DNA from: Hormiphora californensis
Lineage: Eukaryota > Animalia > Ctenophora
Assembly (NCBI GenBank): GCA_020137815.1
Contig: CM035358.1
Location: 2,170,001-2,234,000 of the forward strand
Length of the DNA: 64,000 bases
Direction: 5' to 3'
Below the pieces are notes generated by a model. It saw nothing but the letters and a program-made list of their open reading frames with translations, had not been told where the DNA came from and ran no database searches. The translations under genes and the position numbers were made by a program. Below, piece by piece: positions 1 to 39,748 of the stretch; positions within the stretch are counted from its first letter, which is position 1; each line of letters begins with the position of its first letter.

Positions 1-858
1 ATCACAAAGTCCGTTAGGGAGATGGAGATAAAGAGAGTATTCGTTGGGCAAGACGGCTTCCTGTGGGGGAGGGGGAGTTAATGTCATATTGCCGGTAGTT
101 GAAATGTTGTGGAAGTTTTAGAATCATCAAATTCTCCATAGAATCTTCCAATTTTATGTTTATGTTTCCACAGAAATACCGGAATGTTGCGAAACTTTAT
201 TATAATAAACTTAAACTAACTCTAAGAGGCGAAACTATGACTCATGAAATTGAATAGTACATGTGTTTCCTATATGATATTGGCAGTAGTGGATGTAGTG
301 GCAAATTCAGTTGTAATTTCTTCTCCAATTAAGGTGTTACTATTCAGTCATAAATTACTCTCGATCAACCCCGATGTAAAGGTCAATTTGCCACTACGTA
401 ATTTACTTCGTGGAGAGCTGAATACAGTCGGACACGGATTCACCGGAACCCCAATTCACCGGGAGGATAAACTTCTCCCCGACATAGCAAATTAACGGTT
501 TGCCGGGAAGCCCCCTCAGCTCTCCCCCGAGCATCCCGGTAAATCGGGGTCCGACTGTGCGACCTCCATTCAGCACCCTCTCCTAACAACTCATCCCAAA
601 GTAAAAGAAGGGTAATTATATCATAGTAACTTCCACTTCCAACTATAGTTTTCGATTTCCCACTCGGGATCACTTCCATCCTTAATAAATACAAAGACTA
701 AACTTAATTGACACTGTTAATTAATACTCAATTAATTGGTACCTGATAAAGTAAGCTACACAGAGGGCGTTTAATATCGTCCCCACAGTAAACTCAACCG
801 ATGTTGCCGCACCATTGAGAGCGAAGTAGGTCATCCAGGATGTCGTGTTGTAACCCAT
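1..858 (-). CDS. Rhodopsin-class GPCR, 5' part (exons 858-743 and 60-1; continues beyond the window)
   Basis: Spliced translation MGYNTTSWMTYFALNGAATSVEFTVGTILNALCVAYFIR/KPSCPTNTLFISISLTDFV has an N-glycosylation sequon NTT, TM1 GxxxN and TM2 LxxxD-like motif. The phase-2 GT-AG intron 742-61 joins in frame. Confidence 0.7.
425..557. mobile_element. CAGTCGGAC-TIR MITE (Tc1/mariner-like)
   Basis: Termini CAGTCGGAC...GTCCGACTG, TA on the left; same family as 32482-32580 and 33777-33948. Confidence 0.75.
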
Positions 859-976
859 AGCTGTTTAAATAGGGAGAGAGTTGTTAATATTGTAACCTAT
901 AACTGTTGAAATAGGGAGGGAGTTGTTAATACTGTAACTGCATATCTATTTGAATAGGGAGAGAGTTGTTAATATT
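849..976 (-). repeat. 3 x ~42-bp tandem repeat spanning the GPCR acceptor and start codon
   Basis: Unit TGTAACCCATAGCTGTTTAAATAGGGAGAGAGTTGTTAATAT; on the minus strand it reads ...TTTAAACAG/CTATGGGTTACA. Confidence 0.8.
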
Positions 977-1025
977 GTTCATGTCGATTGTCGGAAAATG
1001 AAATATGTGCCAAAGTGCTACTATA

Positions 1026-2581
1026 CAGGGTGTCCCATATATTCTCCGGGTCGGTTGGCGAGCTGTCACGCAAAAACGGTGATAGTTGTGTGAAAACAAA
1101 CTGCGGGAGTGTGCTGGATTAATTCCTTCCTAACTGATGGCTTTGTTTTAAAATTAAATTTCAAAAGTTCATTTTTCATGAATGAACATTGCTGCCGTTC
1201 ATTCATGAATTCTGAAATATTGTTTACCTTGAGTAAGTAACTTTTCTTTGGCTCGCAATTATCTTTCCAATGAGCACCATAAAACTCAAATTGAAGCACC
1301 AGGTCACATGACAGTTGAGAAAATGAACATGCATGATTTTGGCTCTTTTTGCGACTTTCAATCGGCTGTATCACCGCTACCTTATCTTCAATCTTTTTGA
1401 AACTTTGGGTGAACATTGGATAAGCAAAGATCTTTGCTCACAAGAAAAATCAAGGTCAAAACTCAAAGTTCATTTTTAAGTTTTGGTAGTTCATTCCACT
1501 CATTCAGGAACCAACAACCCTAAAGTGATGAAAAGTGTTGGATTTTGCTTGGTCCATGTCCTGCAATGACAGAGAGGTGTAGTAACGTGTTTCCGAGCTA
1601 GTTAGTGGGTGCCATGTGATCATGACGATATCTGACACCTTCGTTGAGCAATAATTAAGAGATTTTCTCAAATTAAAGCATGTGATTCGGGTCTTCTGCG
1701 ATTGGTATCGTGCAGCAATCTTGAGAGATCTCATAGCACCTCGAAAATGATGAAAAGTTCAATAAATTGAGTTTATTTATGCTCAATAAGATTAAAACCG
1801 ATGCCACATTGAACTCAACGACCATTTTCGATAATAAATCAACTCATTTCATTGAACTAACCATCATTTTCGAGGGGCTATGAGATCTCTTAACATTGCT
1901 GCACGATACCAATCGCAGAAAACTCAAATCACATGCTTGAATTCGAGAAAATCCCTTAATTATTACTCAACGAAGGTGTCAGATATCACCATGATCACAT
2001 GACACCCACTAACTAGCTCTGAAACACGTCACTACACCTCTCTGTCATTGCAGGACATGAGCCAAACAAAATCCAACACTTTTCATCACTTTAGGGTTGG
2101 TGGTTCCTGAATGAGTGGAATGAACTACCAAAACTTAAAAATGAACTTTGAGTTTTGACCTTGATTTTTCTTGTGAGCAAAGATCTTTGCTAATCCAATG
2201 TTCACCCAAAGTTTCAAAAAGATTGAAGATAAGGTAGCGGTGATACAGCCGATTGAAAGTCGCAAAAAGAGCCAAAATCATGCATGTTCATTTTCTCAAC
2301 TGTCATGTGACCTGGTGCTTCAATTTGAGTTTTATGGTGCTCATTGGAAAGATAATTGCGGGCCAAAGAAAAGTTACTTACTCAAGGTAAACAATATTTC
2401 AGAATTCATGAATGAACGGCAGCAATGTTCATTCATGAAAAATGAACTTTTGAAATTTAATTTTAAAACAAAGCCATCAGTTAGGAAGGAATTAATCCAG
2501 CACACTCCCGCAGTTTGTTTTCACACAACTATCACCGTTTTTGCGTGACAGCTCGCCAACCGACCCGGAGAATATATGGGA
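1026..2581. mobile_element. ~1.55-kb palindromic (foldback) non-autonomous DNA transposon, Tc1/mariner-like
   Basis: Left end TA|CAGGGTGTCCCA. Two near-identical inverted arms give mirror ORFs 1066-1416 and 2198-2548, centred near 1800. The right terminal bases are missing. Confidence 0.85.
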
Positions 2582-3183
2582 TTAATAAATACCATATATT
2601 GCTTGTTGAGTTGCTGACACTGCATGTCACAGGCATAACTCAATTATTATTGGTTGGTACAAGGACGAGTCGAATTGTATTACATCCGAATGAACTTTGC
2701 AATTAAACAGATACTGAATTAATGATGAAACGAAAGGTGGCATTAGTAGGAATGTAGTTGAGGGAGAGAAGGGACTGGAAGAGACAGAGAGACCGGGTGA
2801 CGGCAACTCATATACTGGCAGATATTTAATATATTTAATATAAGCCAAAAACTAATTGAAATTAGTTGGCGGGAAAGGTGACCCACTTACACCTTTTGCT
2901 ACTGCCGGGTATCACCACGAACTCTCTCCTGTCCCTGTCTCTCTCTCTCATTCTCTCTCATTCTCTCTCGCTCTCTCTCTCTGCTCCTACTCTCATCTCT
3001 CTCCTCTGCTCTCTTCTCTCTTCTCTTCTTCTCTCCTCTCTCTCTTTGTCCCCTCTTCTCTCTCTCTCTTCTATCGCTCTCTCTGTCTCTCACTATCAAC
3101 TCTCTTCAATAGTACCAGGGTTTATAGTCGTGTTGTAACGACATCGGGCTGTTAACCATATGTTTAAATAGAGTAGTTAGATA

Positions 3184-3961
3184 GGGTAAACCGGGGCAAT
3201 TCGAACAACTGGGGCAATTCGAACATAGTACTGCCCGTCTCTCACCTAGTTAAGCTATCATAATGACGTCATCCTATCTCCAGAAGAAAACTGCTCGTTC
3301 GAGCCTGCCCGTTACCACTAAATAGGCTCTAGATCCGGTTTAAGTTGATCAATTTCCGATTTGAAAAAACCAGCTGAAAGCTAATAATATCAGCTTTCAG
3401 ATGGTATAAAAATTATTTAAATATTCGCATGTTTTCATTCCAAATTCTGGTAAATTAAGATTACCGGGGCAATTCGAACAACCGGGGCAATTCGAACATG
3501 GGCAATTTGGTTAACACACCGGGGCAATTTGGTTAACTCCCGGGCCAATGATGTACAGTTCTTTGCACCACGTGATCACGCGTGATACCGGGGCAATTCG
3601 AGCAAGAACGACCAGCGTGTAGATTGCGTGTAGATTACATTGTTCGAATTGCCCCCACCTCTAACAACACCAGGCGGGAATCTTCTTCTGGTGTTGTGAG
3701 GACGTTCACGTGACTCCCACGTGACGAAATAAAGCACTCCTATTGGTGATGCTCGAATTGCCCCGGTACCAATTTTTCCGACCAAAATTTTTCAATTAGT
3801 TATTTAGTTAAGTAAATGATGGTCCCTATAGTTGAAATTTATCTTATTTGAAAGATAAAATAATGAACTTTAATCCTATATAATTTTTTTCATTGTATCT
3901 TTTTTAAATGGGAGTGAGAACCGATTAAGTAAAAAGTTAACCATTTTGCCCCGGTTTACCC
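3184..3961. mobile_element. MITE with GGGTAAACCGGGGCAA TIRs and TA TSD
   Basis: TA|GGGTAAACCGGGGCAA...TTGCCCCGGTTTACCC|TA, with multiple internal GGGGCAATTCG motifs. The flanks rejoin into the local repeat unit. Confidence 0.85.
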
Positions 3962-4388
3962 TAGGGAGAGGGCTGTAACCCATAGCTGTTTAAATAGAGT
4001 AGTTAGATAGGGAGAGGGTTGTAACCCATAGTTATTTGAATAGAGTAGTTAGTATTGCTGAGGTTAATGCCAATGGTATTACCATACTGCTTGTTGAGTT
4101 GCTGACATTGCGTCCCACGCATAACTCAATTATCATTGGTTGGTACAAGGACGCTGGACGAGTTTGTTTTGTTCAAACGCGGGGAGGGAGGGTCGAACAA
4201 GGCAAGGACGAGTCATTGTATAATTACATCCGAATGAACAATTAAACAGATACTGAATTAAAGATGAAACGAAAGGTGGCATTAGTAGGAATGTAGTTGA
4301 GGGAGAGAAGGGACTGGAAGAGACAAAGACAGAGAGACCGGGTGACGGCAACTCTTGTGGCAGATATTTAATATTTCGAGGTTTTAAT

Positions 4389-6680
4389 ATATTGAGAAAT
4401 TTTGGTTCTATCTCGCTGATCCCCCTCTCTGATCCCTTTCTCTCTGATCACTCAGGTGTCTCCAATAATTAACTATTACTGGTGCGAGACACTTACAAGA
4501 GATTACATGAAATGACAGTGGCGAGAACATACCGATTAGATATTCTAAATCACAAAACTAAAAACAAAAACAGAGCTCGGGATACAAAATCACATATATT
4601 AATTAATATCAAGTAGGAAATATGTGATGGGGATCTACTCACTACTCAGCTTCTACTAGAAAACCGATTAATTCGTTAAGCTGAGACTGGATATAATATG
4701 TGTCGCCGTCTGCCCTAACGATATACGATTCAACGCATCTTATTAATAAAGATATCACTATACAGAGATCACCAGACAGCAATCAGTAATCACATAAGAG
4801 ATGAACCCCTCGGTCCTTTTGAAGATTATAAGCCGAATCATGAATATCATCAGGTAGTTCTCCACCACCAGGTCATAACCCTTGAACTGTACACAGCAAA
4901 GATCGCCTACGCCAATATGAATAAAAATCATAGTCATTCCTCCCGCAAAACTTTCTTGCTTTCCCAAAAATTTTTCTCGCTCTCTCTTCTATCTCTCGAT
5001 CTCTCTCTGTCTCTCACTATCAAACTCTCTTTCACTGCCTTATTCAATTATATTCACCTCTATATCCTGATCCGGCAGCAGGCAAAGGTTTACGTGTGTC
5101 ACCTTTCCCGCCCAACTAAAGTTTCAATTAGTTTTTTGGCTTAATTTAGGTCCCTTTTTGGTTTCTAATCGTAGCATGAGATTATTCATGATGTAATATT
5201 GTCGAAATGATGCGCTATATGAGAAACGAGACGAATTTCTGTGAAAATCGTATTTAGGAACGTCGTAATGACGTCATTTGACGTAATTAGTGACGTCGTA
5301 ACGACGTAATTGCATCACGATATATTTTGAATCAATACCCCAAAAGGAGCTTGTAAAGTTTCATTGACCACAGTGGTCAGGAAAGGGAGTTTTGCTCGAA
5401 AAAACGTGAATTTGCTGAATTTTTCTCGTCAAATTTTTGACTTTTGACGCGATTTAAGGGCTCAAAATGATAAGCTACGAAAATTCACAATACAGTATCT
5501 GAAAGTTCAGACAATTTGCCGGTAACGATTTTTCGGTCAAATCAGAAATCGGAACACGTCTTTAGGGTGCTAGAGGCGTTTGAAAAAAGTTAGTCGGTCT
5601 CGCGCAATGACGTCACTCGTGACGTCATTGCGCGCGTCATAGCTAAGATGGAGAGTCTCCACCCAGATGGGTACATGCACGAGACAATTATCTGTCGAAT
5701 GCCGCTTGGTTTAAGGTCGTACGATGTCTGGTTCGTCTCAAACTGGGACCAAACGGATGGTAACAAAGCGTCTATACATATATATATATATATCAACCTA
5801 GTTATCCCCACACTGAATTTTCTGTTTTGGGGGTGGTGTTATAACTTTTGAACAAAAAGAGCTAGCCACTTGAAATTTTTACCATCGATAGAGGTCTACA
5901 AGAAGCTTCTAAGTACAAAATTTCAGTTTCCTAGCTCTTCCGGTTCGGGAGTTATGGCATGTCAAAAAGTGCCAAAATGGGCTAAAAGTATGAAATAACT
6001 ATATATACGCTGTGAGCAAGCGGTCCGTTTTGGGGGGAAATTTTTTTTCGGGGGATGGATGGGGTCACCTTTGCGCTTGCCAGCGCAGTGATATTGAGAA
6101 ATTTTGGTTCTATCTCGCTGATCCCCCTCTCTGATCCCTTTCTCTCTGATCACTCAAGTGTCTCCAATAATTAACTATTACTGGTGCGAGACACTGACAA
6201 GATGCATGAAATGACAGTGGCGAGAACATACCGATTAGATATTCTAAATCACAAAACTAAAAACAAAAACAGGGCTCGGGATACAAAATCACATATATTA
6301 ATTAATATCAAGTAGGAAATATGTGATGGGGATCTACTCAGCCCATACTTCTACTACAAAACCGATTAATAACGAGACTGAGAGGATATAATATGTGTCG
6401 CCGTCTGCCCTAACGATATACGATTCAACGCATCTTATTAATAAAGATATCACTATACAGAGATCACCAGACAGCAATCAGTAATCACATAAGAGATGAA
6501 CCCCTCGGTCCTTTTGAAGATTATAAGCCGAATCATGAATATCATCAGGTAGTTCTCCACCACCAGGCCATAACCCTTGAACTGTACACAGCAAAGATCG
6601 CCTACGCCAATATGAATAAAAATCATAGTCATTCCTCCCGCAAAACTTTCTTGCTTTCCCAAAAATTTTTCTCGCTCTCT
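4389..6680. repeat. ~600-bp direct duplication (4389-~4985 and 6092-~6680) separated by probable transposon fragments
   Basis: Near-identical sequence and duplicated short ORFs (4758-4967 and 6453-6692); 2590-2830 is also duplicated at ~4080-4370. Confidence 0.8.
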
Positions 6681-6756
6681 CATTCTATTCACCCTCTCTT
6701 TTATTTCTTGATCTCTATCTTTCTTTCTCCCTCTAAATCTCTCTCAACTTTTACAG

Positions 6757-14089
<7,333 letters not shown>

Positions 14090-16973
14090 TATTGACAAAA
14101 TCAGGGAACTCTTAGGGGGGATTGTGATCCGATCCGAGGACTCCCAATGCCACCAAAATCAGGGCAGGGAACCGGTTGTATGAATGTTGTATAAATGTGG
14201 TGAAATGGGAAACTGTAATAGTACATAATATAGTGTGACTGATTGTGTATGCACTACCTACCTAACCTTTTAGTCGACCTTAGAGACGCGTCTATTGTCT
14301 ATTGTCTATTGTCTATTGTCTATTGCCTATTTCCCTGCCCCGCCTCTCTTTGCCATGCTACGCAGTCTGTCTGTTCGGCACTTTAAGCGCCTCGGGCTCA
14401 CGTAAGCTCACACCGGGCCTTCGGCCCGGTGTTAGAGCTGGCCAAACCCCGATTTGATTCTCGTAAGTGCGCTCAGATGAGGTCGTGGCACCAGACAATG
14501 TCTTTGAGGGTTTTTAGTTAGCAACTAAGTTACATAACCAACTACATTTTCGATTTGATCAGAGCGGTTGACATTAACTTGAACCCCGTTCTGCCCGGGG
14601 ACCCTACGCACGGGGAAAATCTCTTGGCCACTTGGCACCGCTGATGAATACCGGTGAATGGTACCAACAACATTCAAATGGAACTCTTTGACTTGATGCC
14701 AAGCGGTAAAATATCCTGACTAGGTATCACCTGACCTATGAGAGGTGTTAAATTAAGACATACAGGAGACCAACTGGTTCCATTAACAGTTATAATGGAA
14801 CTGGTTGGTCTCAGCTGTGTATGATAATAATATATTGATCCCAAACCTTTCATCAACAATACCCACTTTCCAAGACTGATCTTAGCACAGCCATTAAATG
14901 AAACTTTCATTCAATGGCTTTCACTTTAGCACTGCTAAAGTGAAAGTGAGTATTGTTAAGGACACAGGTAGAGTGCTTTGATGTTCAATGAGAATTTATA
15001 GCTACTTTTAGCTAAAAGCTTGAGGCCAGAGACAGAAACTAGAAAGACATAGTTTACCAGTTACTGCAATACTATTACAGTTCATATGGGTACTTTCTCA
15101 TTAAGCATCTGTTGATTAGGTGCTACCTTCACTCCCCTCATTCGTGGTTTTCAGAAAGGAATTAATTGTAGCTATTATAACAATTAATATGACGTGATCA
15201 ACTGCTATAGCCCAACTGTTCATTCTGAGAATTCTGATACAAAGATATTATTGGCCGTACTGATATATGAGGTAACTCCAACCCCCCAGTTTCATCTCCT
15301 TGTTTAACATGGGAGTTACCAAGGGAATCCACTGGGTTCGATTAATCTAGGCACATACCCACAGTACTATTCGAATTGGCGTATCTTTATATCAGGAATC
15401 TCGGATAGCAACAATCCTTGTGTTTTATTGCTATCTGAACAGATTAGGCGTATAGACAGGGCTCTTATTATCAGCAGTGCTCACGTATCAGGATAATGGT
15501 ATTAATTATGCACTGAACTGCTGTAGACATCACCCACTCACTTCATACACACACAACACCCACACACATGACCAAGCCTGTACGACAGGTTATTGATCAC
15601 CGGCTGTATTACAGCACGAGAGAGCCGTCACTAGTATCGTGCAGTGATCCGAAGATCATGATAACAATTAATAAGACGTGATCAACTGCTATAGCCCAAC
15701 TGTTCATTCTGAGAATTCTGATACAAAGATATTATTTGCCGTACTGATATATGTGTGTGGGTGTTGTGTGTGTATGAAGTGAGTGGGTGATGTCTACAGC
15801 AGTTCAGTGCATAATTAATACCATTATCCTGTAGCTATTATAATTGCTACACCATGGTACTTCTCAATCAACCTAGCTGACAGCACTGACCACATGAACA
15901 CACTGTAATGGTATTGGTATTGGCTGCCATGCCACATGACGACATCATGTTCATGTTGGCCACATTGATGCCTGAGTGAGATCGAGGTCGCGCAGCGACC
16001 GAGATCGATCTCACATCTAGGCCTCCGGTCCGTTATTGATTTTAGAGCAAATTTTTTCAAAGACCTGGCTGCAAGGAACTACTGAACCAATTTGCATCTC
16101 GTTTGTTGCTCCTGGCAGATAATTATCTCTAGTTTTACGGAAAATACCCGCGAGTATCAGCATTTGAGGAATAGTGGGTCAAAATTGACGCTAAACATGA
16201 GCAATTCTTTAAAGACCTGGCTGCAAGCTCCTACTCGGTCCTGGGGCGATCTGCGGGTACTGGGGGAATCGTCATGGCCTTGTGAGTATGGGAAAATACC
16301 CGCCGATTCATCACGATGCGAAATGAGGCCATAATTGACCTTTGAGTAGTGCTAGGTCAGCTAAAAAGGTCTCCAAAAACGGTCTATCACGCGCGATCTG
16401 CTGAAAACGTGCTTTATATCGCGCGCACGTGAGTTCTTGCTCTCAACGGACCGGGATCCTATTATTCGCGGAGCGAGAATAGGATGCGATGGATCCAAAT
16501 GTTCATGGAACTATGGCCTGATGGAAGAATTCTCCAATTAATATTTTCAACGTTGTCATTGTGAACTGTATGGCTACGCCAACCCGATCTGAGATTTAAC
16601 AATCAAATTTTGATTGTCAAATCTCAGATCGGGTTGATATCGCCAGACAGTTCACAACGTTGAAAATAATAATTGTTTTAAACATTGTTTTATACGGATC
16701 AACTCAACGTCAGACCACGTTTTGATTCAAAATGAGGTCTGACGTCGTTAAGTTGGTCCCTATAAAACAATTTTCATGAACCACCAGGTCCAACAGTGGT
16801 TTTACGTCATAATCACATTGGCAGCCCACTAAAAGCACGACTTGGACCGCGTCGTGGGCGGTGCTATGTGGGCGGCCAATATGAAATTATGACGGAGGAC
16901 CACTGGAAGCAACATTTACTGCTAATGCTATACCCCTGACAGTATACCACCGAAACTTGTCGAGTTAACGTAT

Positions 16974-17122
16974 GGGTCAGCACACACCAAAGTTAAAATT
17001 AAAATTAAAATTTTGATTCTAAACCCGCACACACCAGCGGCCGTTAAAATTTCTCTCCCCATTCTAAAAGTAACAATCTCGCGCACGATTTTAATTTTAA
17101 CTTTTATTTGGTGTGTGCTGAC
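16974..17122. mobile_element. Small MITE with GGTCAGCACACACCAAA inverted termini
   Basis: GGGTCAGCACACACCAAA ... TTTGGTGTGTGCTGACC, followed by a further partial terminus. Confidence 0.6.
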
Positions 17123-17488
17123 CGGGTCAGCACACACCAAAGACCCTTATTATATTGGCCACCCACTAACAGCTTTCAACATTGCACACCTTGGACGCGT
17201 CGTGGGCGGCCAATTTGATGGAGCGTACCACTGGAAGCAACATTTACCGCTATACCCCCAGAAACCAAGTTTCAAACGCAGGAATCTGGCTGGGTATGAA
17301 CTAATGTATTAATACAATAACATAATTATATAAATAGAGGTGAAATATATCAGGGTAAAAAGTCTCAAAATATAGTGAGAAAGATGCAATCACAATTCCT
17401 CCTCGGAACCAGTATTTTGGGAATATTATATCGTCACCAACTCAAGCTCATGATCAAGATACAAATGTCTCTCTGATACGGTCTTCCT

Positions 17489-38006
<20,518 letters not shown>

Positions 38007-38313
38007 GGCCTGGTATTATAGAGAATGGGTTAGCACAACATTATCGTGGGGGTGTAGTACATTAAAACGGGGAGGGGGTTAGTACACTAAAATGGGGTGA
38101 GGGGGGGGGAGGAGAAGGGGAGGGATGACGGATGCTATAAATACATACAAGGAGTCGGGATCTATAAAATTAATTAGAAGAACATCAAATTAACAGGAAA
38201 ACAAAATATTTTAGCATCTTCAATAAGTCAACAACACACCCCGGCCACCGCACGAAAAACATCATCCTCCAATCAAATTTATACACACACTGCCCTCTCA
38301 GGGACTTCACATC

Positions 38314-38766
38314 TCAGTAGGTGAGAGTTGCAAGGGTAATGGTATCTTCACTTCTCACCAGGACCTTCACTGTGCTATACTCAATGCAGACTGTACTACC
38401 AGGGGCTGACTGCTGAGCGATAAATGAAACGTTGGAGATGAGAGATGCATCCATTGTTACCCCTTCTCTGCTCTCTTTGGCGAGGACCAACCCTTGCTGA
38501 GGGGAGATAGGTTGTTTCAATCAAGATGCTATGGAGCTGTAGAGAGCAAGTTGAATAAAATATTGGTTACTAACCAATGATAATCTCAATTTCTTAAAAC
38601 CAACAAAAAATAGCTCGAATGCCAAACTCCCAAATTGCGTGTGATGTGTCCTAATTTCTCAAACCCAACAAAGCCCCGTTTTTACCTTGTTCAGGTAGAT
38701 AGCTGCCTGTATCCTCATATCACTGTTTAACAGAGTATCTAACCTGCCTTGTAGATCTTTTTCCAT
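38314..38766 (-). CDS. LAMTOR5: Ragulator complex subunit LAMTOR5/HBXIP-like, 87 aa (exons 38766-38686 and 38496-38314)
   Basis: MEKDLQGRLDTLLNSDMRIQAAIYLNK/QGLVLAK...IAQQSAPGSTVCIEYSTVKVLVRSEDTITLATLTY resembles LAMTOR5 (QGLNL, LAQQAA, VVCLES, ITVAV) in size and motifs. Confidence 0.7.
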
Positions 38767-38896
38767 CTTTCTATTACAAGTAGTAGGGGAACATAAATTG
38801 GGGATTTTACAAGCAGGGCTGAGTATCAAATAACATCATTTTACAAAATCTATTAAAAACATTAAAAAGGGTTACTAAAAAACTGTTGACTGTACA

Positions 38897-39311
38897 TTAA
38901 TTTTGTTTCCACACCGATCCATCCTTATACCATTCCTTCTTCCAAATAGGAGCCCTTGCTTTGATCAGATCCACAGCCTTACTAACAAACTCAATAGCAG
39001 CTGCTCTGTGTGGTGATGATGCGGCCACCACAATACTAACCCCACCAACCCCCACCTCTCCAACCCTAGTGCGCCACATAAACCCTCCTAACATCACCCC
39101 CTCCAATCTCCTCCACCAGCTCCCTGATCACTTTATCTGCCATTGTGGGGTATGCCTCGTACTCCAGTCGGACCACCTCCCGACCTTTGAAGTTATCCCG
39201 GGTTGTCCCGCAGAAGACGGAGATGGCCCCACAATCTGGCCGTGTCACATGGTCCTACTGCTTCGGTGGGGTTTAGAGGTTCATTCAGCTGATCTTCACA
39301 ACAACCTCCAT
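38897..39311 (-). CDS. MOCS2: Molybdopterin synthase catalytic subunit (MOCS2B/MoaE), with apparent frameshifts
   Basis: [44 protein letters not shown] and [12 protein letters not shown] are split over frames by single extra bases. Confidence 0.85.
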
Positions 39312-39748
39312 GTCATGTTCTAGAGCGGGGAAGAGAGGAATTAAACTAAGCAGGTATATAGCAAAGATGAATCGAGTGCGAGGAAATGATAAAATCACTT
39401 AACAGGGGAAGGTTTGGGGAGGAGTTAAAAATATCAGGGTGTGGGAAAATTGTAAAACTCAAATTGGGTAACGAATGTGTAATAATTTAACATTTATAAA
39501 AATCAAATTATGTATTGAGCTCACAGGAAAATCAAATTTAATCAAATAAAAACCATAAAAACCCTCCCATCTCACATTTCACGATATCCACCAGTCCAGT
39601 CTTTACTCCAGAGGATGGTGTGTTGTGATGGGAGATAGGGCGAGATGATTGTTTTAACTCCAGACCTGCTTCTCTGTGACGTCACCCAAGAAACACCACC
39701 ACGACTTGCCAAGCTAGACTGTGTTTACAAGTGTAAAGGGGGGGGGGG

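Noticed and set aside
1066-2548. Mirror-image 116-aa ORFs as genes
   Set aside because: They arise from the two arms of a palindromic transposon and have no recognisable domain.
38897-39311. MOCS2B as a true pseudogene or the bicistronic MOCS2A/B arrangement
   Set aside because: Motifs are intact and neighbouring SMC2 shows the same insertion pattern, suggesting consensus error; no MOCS2A ORF ending in GG was seen upstream.
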